Assembly: GCA_023244935.1 (NCBI GenBank)
Contig: JAHFLJ010000001.1
Location: 13,327-77,326 of the forward strand
Direction of reading: 5' to 3'
From: Candidatus Liptonbacteria bacterium
GTDB lineage: Bacteria; Patescibacteriota; Minisyncoccia; UBA6257; 2-01-FULL-56-20
Length of the DNA: 64,000 nucleotides
Shown: piece after piece, positions 8,082 to 17,202 of the stretch
Position numbering within the stretch: position 1 is the first letter of the stretch
Layout: each line of letters starts with the position of its first letter
Program-made: the position numbers and the translations under genes
The notes under the pieces: model-generated
The model's database searches: none
What the model saw: only the letters and a program-made list of their open reading frames with translations
Told to the model about the DNA's origin: nothing

Positions 8082-9653
8082 CTACCGAGCACAGCGGAAC
8101 CCGATGCTGCCGCCCGTATCCGTCGGACCAGTGCTCAAGATCAACGTCTCTACCCCAGCGTACGTGTCATAATACCAATCCCCACCGCGAACGAAGGCGT
8201 AAGGAGTTGACCCTCCGGCGGAGTATGAGGAATTTATCCTGCCAATTCCCTGAGTTGCGGTCCAGGCTGAATTTGAAGGTCCAGCGAGAGTTGGAGATAA
8301 GGTTCCCCAATTTGTTATGTTCGGAAACTCTCGCCATCCTGTCGGCTGTGGTTGATTTCCGTTGGTGATTGTGTCGTTAGTCCATTCCCAAACGTTCCCT
8401 GCCAAGTCCCAAATAATTTGACCATTCGAAAGAGTGTGGGCACGTCGGTGAGTGAAGTCGGCTGTGACAAGGTAGGTTGAATTGGTGTCGTCTGCAGATG
8501 CAATTTGCGCCGCAGAACCATTTGAATTTCCTCTGCCCAAGTATCCACTTCCGACTGAACTTCCGCTCCAATTACTTGATACACTCTGTGCATTCCAAGC
8601 AATTGTTTGCCATTCGTTGTTGGTGATGAGATGTGCTCCGATAGATTGGCAGTAAGAATGTGAAGTTGTTTGATCGATATTTGCGATTGGGTATCCGGCA
8701 GGAGTGGAAGTTAAATACCTTCCGGATGTATTACAAGGATATCCAGAATTATTATACGTTTGATATCCGGTATCGTAAGGTGCCGATCCAAGCGGACCCG
8801 TAGTATCCGCGCACTTGGCTTCGTATTTCATCACCCAAAAATCAGATGTTCCGAAGGTGGAGTTGCCAGGGACTCTAATCCAACCATTTGGAAAGATTCC
8901 TGCTCCAAGATTCATATTATTTCCCATTTCAAAAGAAGCGGGCGCTGTGCCTCCGTCGGTATTTCCTTGCACAATGTATTTTTGGGATTCCAGGGATACG
9001 GCGGTTAGCTTCCAGCTTCCTCCAGACATATAGGTGTAATAATTCAGACTTGTAGTGGTATTGATTGGATCGATGGGAAGTTGTGAAATTGGAGAATTGG
9101 ATGATATCTTTTGGAAGTTAACCGGAATCCAGCCGGTGCCGTCGGTTTTACGGAGATTGGCAGTGGTGACACAATTGTATTGCCAGCCGGTTGGGAGAGT
9201 TGGCAGACCTAAGTTGGCGCACGTTGAAGATATGTCCGGAATGGATACATAAACCACCGTGGGTGTTCCCATAGATCCTGTGGAGACATCTGCAGAAAAC
9301 AGATTAAGCGCGGTGTTGATTGTCGAGAGATCCGAGAATCGATTGGAATCTCTGGCTTGTTTGAGTAATTCCCCTGGGTTAAGAGCCATAATAACAACCA
9401 CACTTAAAATCGCGACTAGGGCGAGGACTACCAGGAGTTCGATAAGGGTAAAGCTTCCCCGTTTGTTTACCCTGAGAGTAGTCGAAGCCTTGCCTGCCGG
9501 CAGGCAGGGGTCAGTCTGAGCCTGCGAAGAATCTAAATTAGATCCTTCCCTGCGTTCAGGATGACAGAAAAGAGAATTCAAAAACCTGGATTGTCCAAGC
9601 AAGTTGGACAATGACAGAATAGAAAAGAAACTTCCTTTGTTTTTATTCTTCAT
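8082..9653 (-). CDS. Type IV pilin N-terminal domain fused to an FGE-sulfatase/CLec domain; probable DGR target
   Basis: Pilin motif SFTLIELLVVLALVAIL; FGE/CLec motifs VMKYEA, HLITNNEW, WDLAGNVWEW and RGGDW...IGFRC. Confidence 0.85.
   Translation of the reverse strand: MKNKNKGSFFSILSLSNLLGQSRFLNSLFCHPERREGSNLDSSQAQTDPCLPAGKASTTLRVNKRGSFTLIELLVVLALVAILSVVVIMALNPGELLKQARDSNRFSDLSTINTALNLFSADVSTGSMGTPTVVYVSIPDISSTCANLGLPTLPTGWQYNCVTTANLRKTDGTGWIPVNFQKISSNSPISQLPIDPINTTTSLNYYTYMSGGSWKLTAVSLESQKYIVQGNTDGGTAPASFEMGNNMNLGAGIFPNGWIRVPGNSTFGTSDFWVMKYEAKCADTTGPLGSAPYDTGYQTYNNSGYPCNTSGRYLTSTPAGYPIANIDQTTSHSYCQSIGAHLITNNEWQTIAWNAQSVSSNWSGSSVGSGYLGRGNSNGSAAQIASADDTNSTYLVTADFTHRRAHTLSNGQIIWDLAGNVWEWTNDTITNGNQPQPTGWREFPNITNWGTLSPTLAGPSNSAWTATQGIGRINSSYSAGGSTPYAFVRGGDWYYDTYAGVETLILSTGPTDTGGSIGFRCAR
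9462..9616. repeat. Composite palindromic insertion in the pilin leader; the 9510-9616 core is repeated at 50990-51096
   Basis: Hairpins GTCAGTCTGAG...CAGGATGAC and TTGTCCAA-gcaag-TTGGACAA. Four mismatches over 107 bp relative to the second copy. Confidence 0.9.
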
Positions 9654-9881
9654 TCGTATAATTCCTGCCTGCCGGCAGGCAGGCGTATTGATTCGTAATT
9701 TCGTAATTATTCTAAATTCTATTTTCTGAGTTCTATATTCTATGTTCTAACTATACCACATTTTGCCTCTGGGGGGGGCAACAACAGCTGGGGATAGTTA
9801 AAGGACTCATAGCTTATCAACTTATAACAAATAACTAAAAAGAATTTGAGGCCGGAATTATTAGTGATTGGCGATAAGTCA

Positions 9882-11615
9882 TTAGCCATTCTTCAGCATC
9901 CCCAACATCCCTTCGACGTCTCTAGTATTTATTATATCACTTTTTTTCGCCCAACCGCGACGCGCCTGCGTAATCCCAAATTTCAAAAAATCAAAATGTT
10001 CCGAGGAATGCGCGTCGGAATCAATCGAAAGTTTCACGCCGGAATTTACGCATCTGCGAATATAATCGTCCTTCAAATCCAGCCTATCCGGGTATGCATC
10101 AATTTCTAATATCGTTCCGGTCTCTTTAGCTTTGCGGATAAGCGCCTCGGCGTCTACGGCATATGCCTCTCGCCTTTTAATAACTCTACCGGTTGGATGG
10201 AAAATTATATCTACGTTCTTATTCTCCATCGCTCTACAAATCCTTGCAGTCTGCTCTTTGCCGGATAAATTGAAATTTGAATGTACCGCTCCCCCCACCA
10301 CCTCCAACCTGGAAAGTGTTTTATCCGACAAATCCATGCTTCCGTCTTTTAAAATATCGCACTCACTTCCCTTCAAAATTCTTATCTTGCCGGCGAACTT
10401 TTTATTTAATTTATCAATCTCTGCCATCTGTTTTAAAATTTTTTTATCGTCTAAACCTCCGGTCATCGCCAATCGTTTTGTGTGATCGGTAATCGCGATA
10501 TATTTTAGTCCGCGAGAGATAGCCACCTTCGCCATCTGTTCTATGGAGTGCGCGCCGTCAGTCCAATCGGTTTGCACCTGCAAATCGCCCTGTAAATCCT
10601 TGTAGCCGATAAGTTTCGGCAATTTACCGATCATCGCCGACTCAATTTCACCGGTATTTTCTCTAATCTCCGGCTCGACATACTGAAGTCCAAGCGCGGA
10701 ATAAATCTCCTCCTCAGTTTTTCCGGCAATCTGCTTAAGTCCTCGATAAAGCCCATATTCATTAAGTTTATAGCCTTTTTTTATCGCAAGTTTTCTTAAG
10801 CCGATATTGTGCATCTTAGAGCCGGTAAAATAATTCAATGCCGACCCATAAGAATTTCTTGGCACCACGCGCAAATCAACATCCAATCCGTTTTTCAATT
10901 TTATTGATGACTTAGTTTCTCCATTGGCAACAACCTTGGCAACCGCCTGCATAGAAACAAACTCTTTCATAATTTTTTTGGAATCCTTCACGATTGCCAA
11001 AATATCCAGGTCTCCCACAGTTTCTTTTCCTCTGCGCGTTGACCCGGCAATAACAACGGTTTCAACTCCGGCAACCTCCAGAAGTTTTTCCTTAATTTTT
11101 TCGGCAAATGGCAACGCCTCACCCAAGGTAAATCGCCCACCGGATTTCTTAAGGAACTCGATGCTTTTCAAAATATTTTGTTCTGCCTTCGTTCCGAATC
11201 CTTCAAGCTTAGAAACTTTATGAGCGTTCACTGCTTTCTCGAGAGTAGCCAAGTCTTTTATTTTTAAAGCAAGATATAATTTTTTTATAGACTTAGGTCC
11301 GAGCCCTTCGATGGCGCTAAGCTCTTTTAAATTAACCGGCACGGCTTTTTGAAGCTCCGCGTAATGCGAAGACTTCCCCGTCAGAAGAAATTCTTCGATA
11401 GTTTGCGCAATTGATTTTCCAACCCCGGGAATATTCTCAATTCCTTTAATTCCGTTAGCTTTATAGATACTCACAACCGAATCGGAAAGCTCGGAAACCG
11501 AATCCCCCGCTTTTTCGTATGCTCTCGGCTTAAAAGGTTCTTCTTGCATCGCCAAAAATTCTCCTATTTCGTAAAGTAGTTCCGATACTTCTTCGTTTGT
11601 TTTCTCTTTAATCAC
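9882..11615 (-). CDS. polX: DNA polymerase X family with PHP domain
   Basis: HhH IPGVGKSI, GSTRRGKETVGDLD, YFTGSKMHN, and PHP motifs ITDH and DSDAH. Confidence 0.93.
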   Translation of the reverse strand: MIKEKTNEEVSELLYEIGEFLAMQEEPFKPRAYEKAGDSVSELSDSVVSIYKANGIKGIENIPGVGKSIAQTIEEFLLTGKSSHYAELQKAVPVNLKELSAIEGLGPKSIKKLYLALKIKDLATLEKAVNAHKVSKLEGFGTKAEQNILKSIEFLKKSGGRFTLGEALPFAEKIKEKLLEVAGVETVVIAGSTRRGKETVGDLDILAIVKDSKKIMKEFVSMQAVAKVVANGETKSSIKLKNGLDVDLRVVPRNSYGSALNYFTGSKMHNIGLRKLAIKKGYKLNEYGLYRGLKQIAGKTEEEIYSALGLQYVEPEIRENTGEIESAMIGKLPKLIGYKDLQGDLQVQTDWTDGAHSIEQMAKVAISRGLKYIAITDHTKRLAMTGGLDDKKILKQMAEIDKLNKKFAGKIRILKGSECDILKDGSMDLSDKTLSRLEVVGGAVHSNFNLSGKEQTARICRAMENKNVDIIFHPTGRVIKRREAYAVDAEALIRKAKETGTILEIDAYPDRLDLKDDYIRRCVNSGVKLSIDSDAHSSEHFDFLKFGITQARRGWAKKSDIINTRDVEGMLGMLKNG

Positions 11616-14109
11616 CGCTTTTAAAAACTATTTTTTCGGATTCAATAACCACTCGGACATTACTGCCCTGATATATCTCTTTTCGCAAAATTTTCTGAGC
11701 CAGCTCGGCTCTAAATTTCTCTTCAATTGTCCTTCGGATTGGTCTCGCCCCAAAAGCTCGGTCATATCCGGCTTTAACAATATAAAGAGCCACTGAATCA
11801 TCAAACGATAATTCAATTCCCTGCTCCCCCAATGTCTCTGCCAGCTCGGCAAGTTGTAATTTTGCCACCACCGCCAACTCTTCAATTGAAAGCTCACGAA
11901 AAACCACAACCTTCGAAAAACGATTTATCAATTCCGGCTTAAAAACATCCGTAAGTTTTTTCTTCAAGTATTCGGAAATCTCGGTCATCGACTGTCCTGA
12001 ACCAAGTGCCGTATTAATTATGTCCGAATGAGCATTGGAAGTGGCGATAATAATCGTATTTTGAAAATCAACAACCCTACCCATTCCATCCGTTAGTCTC
12101 CCATCATCCATAACCTGCAAAAACAAATTCAAAATATCCGGATAAGCCTTCTCGAACTCATCCAGCAAAACCAAGCTATAAGGCTTTTCCAAAATCGCAT
12201 CCGTAAGCGCTCCGCGCACTCCTCCGTCAGCTGACCCGATAAATCTCTGGAAACTTTGCTTGTCCTGATATTCGGTCATATCAAATCTAACCATCATATC
12301 TTTGGATCCAAACTGCATTTTAGTAACAATTTTAGCCAGCTCGGTTTTTCCCACGCCGGTCGGCCCAACGAACAAAAAACTTGCGATAGGACCTCCCTTC
12401 CTTGCCAATCCGCTACGATATGCCCGCAACGAATCTCCCACCGCTTTGACGGCTTCTTCCTGATTTATAAATTTCTCATGAACTATTTTTTCAAAATTTA
12501 AAAGTTTTCCGGTTTCATCTTCGTCCGCTTCCTTAACCGGGATGTTAATTCTGGATTCCACCACATCCATAATTTCTTCCGCGGTTAATCTTTTTTTACC
12601 GCCGTCTTTCGCTCTGCCCGCCGCAAGTTTTAAAAGCTCATCCGCACTTGTCGGCAAAAACTTCCCTTTGCTAAAATATTTTTTAGCCAACTTTACGGCA
12701 GTTTTTATTGCGCCAAAACTAACCTCTATTTTCATCTGCTTCTCCAGTAGAATACTTGAAAGAGTCAATACTCGTTCAGCCTCTTCCACGCTGATTTCCT
12801 CAACATTAATACTCTCGAACAACCCGGCAAAGTCACTGTGCGCTTCAATGTCACGCTTCATCTCCCGCGGGTAAGTTGAGCCGATAACCGGAAATCTCCC
12901 GCTCTGAATAATCGGCAGCAACGCGTCCGCAGCCGACATATATGCCGATCCGGAAGTCTTAAGTAAATTGTGAATATCCGGTAAATAAAGAATTATATTT
13001 TCGGCGGAATATATTTCCTCAACAATTTTCTGAATGCGAGACTGAACTTCTTGCGGTTCCGCTCCGGCGATAAGCCTGGACAAATCCACGCCAACCAACC
13101 GCTTGTCAAAAAGTGCCGCCGGAACCTTATCTTTTATGATAGAAAAGGCGATGTGCTTTACTACCGACTCCTTCCCCACGCCGGACTCCCCAATTAAAAG
13201 GGCGTTCGGGCTAACTGATTTTGAAATGGCGTCTATTGTTCTCGCATACTCCTTTTCATGTCCAATTAACAATCCTATCGCTCCTTCTCTCGCCAAATCG
13301 GTATAGTCAATCCCAAAACTATCCAAAAGCGGTGTAGGCCTCGCTGTCCAGGCGCGATTCATAACCCGATGGCGAATTCGTTTATGACCTTCAGGAATCA
13401 TCCCGGACAAAGATAAGGCTCGCGCCCTACGCGACGCCTGAGAAAAAACCATCGCTTGCTCCAAATCTTGTGCAGTGAGTGAAAAAGTTCTAAAAAGTCT
13501 TCCCAACTCCGCATCCGGCGTGAGCGCCAAAGATGAAAAAATGTCGCAAACCAAAATTGATTTATGACCGGAAGAAAAAGCGGTTCTCAAAGCATCGGAT
13601 AACAAAGTCTCCAGCATTCTATATTTTTCTTCCCTGGTTGCCGGAATACTTGATTCCTTCAGCAGAGAAGATAATTTTTGAGAAAATTCATCCGGATCCA
13701 CATCTAGCCTGCGGAGCCCTTCTTCAACCATCTCCGCCTCAAATAAAGATTCTGCCAACTCCAGGTGCAAAGATGTCTGTTTAATAATGCTCCTTTCAAA
13801 AGCCTTCTCGATTAATCGAAAATTTTTCCCGGTTAAATAATCCGCGGAATTGATTTCCTCTTTTTTAGAGGCGTCCATCAGATGCTCGTTCCCCTCTTCT
13901 TTATTTATTAAACGATCAATAATCCCCAAAAATAACAAAACTCCCAAATATCTCAAATTGGAATCTTCGGAAATAACCAGCGCGATGGAAGCAAAAACAA
14001 AAACGATATCCCCAACTATAGCGAACAATCGTACCAAAAATCTTCCCCCATAAGTCATTCTAAGTCTCGGCTCATCCAAATATATTTTAATTGCTTGTCG
14101 TTCTTCCAT
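11608..14109 (-). CDS. ClpA/ClpB-family AAA+ ATPase with N-terminal TM segments
   Basis: Two AAA modules (GESGVGK; GPTGVGKT, LLDEFEKA, FGARPIRR) and a hydrophobic N-terminus. Confidence 0.88.
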   Translation of the reverse strand: MEERQAIKIYLDEPRLRMTYGGRFLVRLFAIVGDIVFVFASIALVISEDSNLRYLGVLLFLGIIDRLINKEEGNEHLMDASKKEEINSADYLTGKNFRLIEKAFERSIIKQTSLHLELAESLFEAEMVEEGLRRLDVDPDEFSQKLSSLLKESSIPATREEKYRMLETLLSDALRTAFSSGHKSILVCDIFSSLALTPDAELGRLFRTFSLTAQDLEQAMVFSQASRRARALSLSGMIPEGHKRIRHRVMNRAWTARPTPLLDSFGIDYTDLAREGAIGLLIGHEKEYARTIDAISKSVSPNALLIGESGVGKESVVKHIAFSIIKDKVPAALFDKRLVGVDLSRLIAGAEPQEVQSRIQKIVEEIYSAENIILYLPDIHNLLKTSGSAYMSAADALLPIIQSGRFPVIGSTYPREMKRDIEAHSDFAGLFESINVEEISVEEAERVLTLSSILLEKQMKIEVSFGAIKTAVKLAKKYFSKGKFLPTSADELLKLAAGRAKDGGKKRLTAEEIMDVVESRINIPVKEADEDETGKLLNFEKIVHEKFINQEEAVKAVGDSLRAYRSGLARKGGPIASFLFVGPTGVGKTELAKIVTKMQFGSKDMMVRFDMTEYQDKQSFQRFIGSADGGVRGALTDAILEKPYSLVLLDEFEKAYPDILNLFLQVMDDGRLTDGMGRVVDFQNTIIIATSNAHSDIINTALGSGQSMTEISEYLKKKLTDVFKPELINRFSKVVVFRELSIEELAVVAKLQLAELAETLGEQGIELSFDDSVALYIVKAGYDRAFGARPIRRTIEEKFRAELAQKILRKEIYQGSNVRVVIESEKIVFKSGD

Positions 14110-14111
14110 TT

Positions 14112-14471
14112 TTATTTAAGATTTTTACTTCCTCCAAAAGAAAAAGTTATTAAAATAATCGGCAAAAGTAGCCATGCCAAAACGATTAGCATAAAAATAG
14201 ATCCTAAAAATAGATAAATAACTCCTCCGATCAACAATCTAACTGACCTGAAAATTACACCCAGAACCCGCCCGACGATAGAATAATCCCGATACAAGGG
14301 AACGAAAAAATTTCTAAAAGTTATACCGAATGCGATCGACCTATCGGCCACTTCCATAAAATTAATAAACTTATAAAAAAGAAAGCGTGTCCCGTCTATA
14401 TAATAGTGGTGCAAAAATTTGCTTATCCTGAAAAGTCCTCGTTTTAATATGTATGCCGGCGCAAAATCCAT
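14112..14471 (-). CDS. Membrane protein directly upstream of the Clp ATPase
   Basis: 119 aa with a hydrophobic C-terminus; stop lies 2 nt before the clp start. Confidence 0.7.
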   Translation of the reverse strand: MDFAPAYILKRGLFRISKFLHHYYIDGTRFLFYKFINFMEVADRSIAFGITFRNFFVPLYRDYSIVGRVLGVIFRSVRLLIGGVIYLFLGSIFMLIVLAWLLLPIILITFSFGGSKNLK

Positions 14472-14599
14472 TTTTATTTATATATTGATCTCGATATATA
14501 AATATTACCACAAAGATGAGCGTTAGTAATCAGCACTAGCCGATAGCCCCACCACCGAGCGAATTAATTTATTATGGTATTGAAGTCTCCTCGCCCCCC

Positions 14600-14755
14600 C
14601 CCAAATCCTTTAATTTTGAGGGATTTCGCGCAGGCTATTTTAGCTTGGTTTTCCGTCGAAGGCGAAAATAAAATAGCCGAGGGACAGTTATAAATTTCCG
14701 CGGAAGAAATTCAACAACAACCCCTCAAAATTACAAAAGATGAGCCAAATTGACA
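14600..14755 (+). repeat. Promoter-abutting structured element, copy A (truncated copy at about 14547-14585)
   Basis: Outer stem TAATTTTGAGGG/CCCTCAAAATTA; inner stem GGCTATTTT/AAAATAGCC around AGCTTGG; ends GAGC-caaa-TTGACA. Confidence 0.8.
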
Positions 14756-14810
14756 CCGAGTAATAAATTCGTATAGCATTTGCTTAGCAATCAAAAAAAG
14801 GAGGGCCACA

Positions 14811-15185
14811 ATGGTCCGCTCAGTGATAACCGAACGATTCTACTGCGATACCTGTAATTGCGAATACGAGAACGAAGAAGAAGCCACTGCTTGTGAGGCT
14901 ATGAGCCTTGAATTCCGCCCGCCCTATGCGGAAGTCGGTCAAGAAATCGTAAGTGATTTTTTCTGTGGATACTGCCGAATCGGCTACACCGTCGGCGTGA
15001 TTACAGAAATAGAAGGGCCGGTTCCGGCTGACGAAGATATTGAACATCGCCTTATTCAAATCCAGGGAAGAGTCGGGGTTCTCCATGTTTATTATCTCCA
15101 CGTCAAAGCTCCTTGCCCTCTTTGTAAAAGAGAGCTTCCCTGGATTAAAGCCATCCCCCAAATCAGACCAAACAAAAGATTCTAA
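14811..15185 (+). CDS. Orphan Cys-rich (putative Zn-binding) protein
   Basis: Three CxxC motifs (CDTC, CGYC, CPLC); SD AAGGAGG; own promoter and terminator. Confidence 0.7.
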   Translation: MVRSVITERFYCDTCNCEYENEEEATACEAMSLEFRPPYAEVGQEIVSDFFCGYCRIGYTVGVITEIEGPVPADEDIEHRLIQIQGRVGVLHVYYLHVKAPCPLCKRELPWIKAIPQIRPNKRF

Positions 15186-15187
15186 TC

Positions 15188-15214
15188 GAGCACATGCCAT
15201 GTGCTCTTTTTTTT
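15188..15214 (+). terminator. Intrinsic terminator
   Basis: GAGCACATG-c-CATGTGCTC followed by T8. Confidence 0.75.
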
Positions 15215-15239
15215 ATCAAGCACATGATATGTGTTCGGC

Positions 15240-15445
15240 AACCCTGCGCTACGCCCTGCGAAACTTTAGTGAAGCAGGGTAGCCACGCGCCATGTCCTGC
15301 AAATCCGCCAGTCGGCGGCTGGCGGAGAAGTCGGATAACCCCGCCTTGTCATCCCGGGCCACGACCCGGGATCCAGTATTCGTTTTCCGTAATTCCACAT
15401 TCGGCATCCTGCCTTCCACGCTATGCGCTACATATTACAAGCTAC
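15240..15445. repeat. Mosaic of REP-like palindromic modules
   Basis: CCCTGC...GCAGGG, TCCGCCAG...CTGGCGGA and GTCATCCCGGG-ccacga-CCCGGGATC, then a heptamer tail. TGTCATCCCGGG also occurs at about 5238. Confidence 0.65.
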
Positions 15446-16011
15446 AGGTTTTTCATTTTCTCCACCTTCTTAATTATTGCCGGAATCCGTTTAAAACTCT
15501 TCTTTAAAGCACTGCCCATTCTTTCCGGAGATCGAAGAGCTGCCGCCGGATGAAATAGCGGATAGATATATCTGCCATCAATACAAAAAAGTTTCCCGTG
15601 ATCTCTACTAATTTTCGCCTCCGGTAAAAAATAATTTAGAGAGAATCTTCCCAAAGTAACGATAAGTTTTGGATCTATAATTTCAATTTGTTTTGATAGG
15701 TATGATTTATAAGCGGATATTTCTCGCAAAGATGGATCTCTATTCTCCGGAGGCCGCCGTTTCACAATGTTGGTTATATAAACATCTCCTCTCTCCCATC
15801 CCAAGCTCGCAAACAATTTATCCAATAGCTTTCCGGATCTACCTACAAATGGCCTAATTAATCTATCTTCTTCTCGCCCCGGAGCTTCCCCGATAAATAA
15901 AACTTTCGCGCCCACATTCCCCTCCCCAAAAACTAAATTAGACTTAAACGGCAACTTCGCATCCGCCATCATCTCTTCTTTAAGTTTTTCCAATTCTCTT
16001 TCTTTATTCAT
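15442..16011 (-). CDS. Uracil-DNA glycosylase, family 4
   Basis: Motifs FIGEAPG, PFVGRSG, YITNIVKRRPPENR and FHPAA. Start is either ATG 16011 or TTG 16026. Confidence 0.92.
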   Translation of the reverse strand: MNKERELEKLKEEMMADAKLPFKSNLVFGEGNVGAKVLFIGEAPGREEDRLIRPFVGRSGKLLDKLFASLGWERGDVYITNIVKRRPPENRDPSLREISAYKSYLSKQIEIIDPKLIVTLGRFSLNYFLPEAKISRDHGKLFCIDGRYIYPLFHPAAALRSPERMGSALKKSFKRIPAIIKKVEKMKNL

Positions 16012-16028
16012 TACCTTATTTTTCAATC

Positions 16029-16062
16029 ATTTTTCTCATATCATGTATGATATGAGAAAAAT
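16029..16062. terminator. 16-bp inverted repeat, possible terminator
   Basis: ATTTTTCTCATATCAT-gt-ATGATATGAGAAAAAT. Confidence 0.5.
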
Positions 16063-16138
16063 ATTAGTTACAAATCTCTATATTTATTTTTTAAAAGTTA
16101 TTGGTTATAAGTCACAAGTCATAAGTCGCGCTCCGCGC

Positions 16139-17089
16139 TCACGGTTCTAAAATTCCCTCAGTCTTTCCCTCCACTGAAATTTTTACGCTCTTTACGGCCG
16201 GAAACTGCAAAAGAGTTTTTTCGATTTGAGTTCTAATTGCTAAAACGTTGCAAGATCCGGCGGTAGCCGAAAGTTCCTTGGAAAAATCAGCGGAAGCAAC
16301 CCCGTCTTCAATTTTCAAACTATTCAGCCATACCCCGCGAGGGATAGAAGACATGTAATCGGCATCCAACTCTTCTCCTCTCGGCCCCTCGAGCAAAAGA
16401 CGCAAGCTGGCCTCTCCTAAATTCTTAGTATCAAAAACCATTCTCTCGACCGGCACCACTTCCGCGCAGTCGCCATTCTTTTTAATCGAATCGTTCAAAA
16501 AATATACCTTGAAAGTTATTCCTGTAGGCATAACCGATGTTTTCTCGCCGGTAGTCAAAACAAACGACTCCAATAATCCCAACAACTCCCTACTAAAATT
16601 TTTTGACTCGGCATATACAAACCCGATTTCTGTTTTAAAAATCGCCACTTTATCTCCGGCTGACCCTTCGTAAGCTCCATCCGGAAATCTTCCGAACATT
16701 TTTACGCTCAAATTAACAACGTCATACATATCCGACCCCGATTCCCCCAGCGAAACATTCTCAAAAAATTCCTCGGCTCCCGAAAATCCCGCCGCGCCAT
16801 TATAAAAAATGCCTACTTTAGAAATATCTCCGCTTCGTAAATCTTTTATTTTAATTTCTGACTTACTCGGCAGATTTGCCACTCTAAAAACGGACGAGTC
16901 ATATGCAAATGAATAATTAAGAGATGTGAAATCTCCCTCATATCCTACGACATAAGAATCGGTAAATTCTATATTTTTGCCGGAAATTTCCCGCGCGCCG
17001 TTCGAAGCTATAAACGAAAGACCAAAAACAACCAATAGTGCCGCCACGGCAACAACCACTAATATTTGTGACCGCTTTTTTTCTTCCAT
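16139..17089 (-). CDS. Membrane-anchored GerMN-domain protein
   Basis: C-terminal LLLEGP...ADFSKEL..GSC.V.AIRTQIEKTLLQFPAVKSVKISVEG. Confidence 0.82.
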   Translation of the reverse strand: MEEKKRSQILVVVAVAALLVVFGLSFIASNGAREISGKNIEFTDSYVVGYEGDFTSLNYSFAYDSSVFRVANLPSKSEIKIKDLRSGDISKVGIFYNGAAGFSGAEEFFENVSLGESGSDMYDVVNLSVKMFGRFPDGAYEGSAGDKVAIFKTEIGFVYAESKNFSRELLGLLESFVLTTGEKTSVMPTGITFKVYFLNDSIKKNGDCAEVVPVERMVFDTKNLGEASLRLLLEGPRGEELDADYMSSIPRGVWLNSLKIEDGVASADFSKELSATAGSCNVLAIRTQIEKTLLQFPAVKSVKISVEGKTEGILEP

Positions 17090-17202
17090 AGATAAATTCT
17101 ATTCTACTCTACAAAATATCACAAAATAATGTATGTTCTCCACGCTTCGCGATTATATTTTTACTACTTGTATGACTATTATCTATTAGCTGACTGCTAC
17201 CT

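Noticed and set aside
7840-9880. A complete DGR cassette (RT, Avd, template repeat)
   Set aside because: I found no RT motifs and no AAC-rich second copy of the variable region in the window. Only a candidate target is supported.
15040-15553. ORFs 15040-15282, 15194-15553 and 15292-15507
   Set aside because: They are chance frames across a terminator and palindromic repeats.
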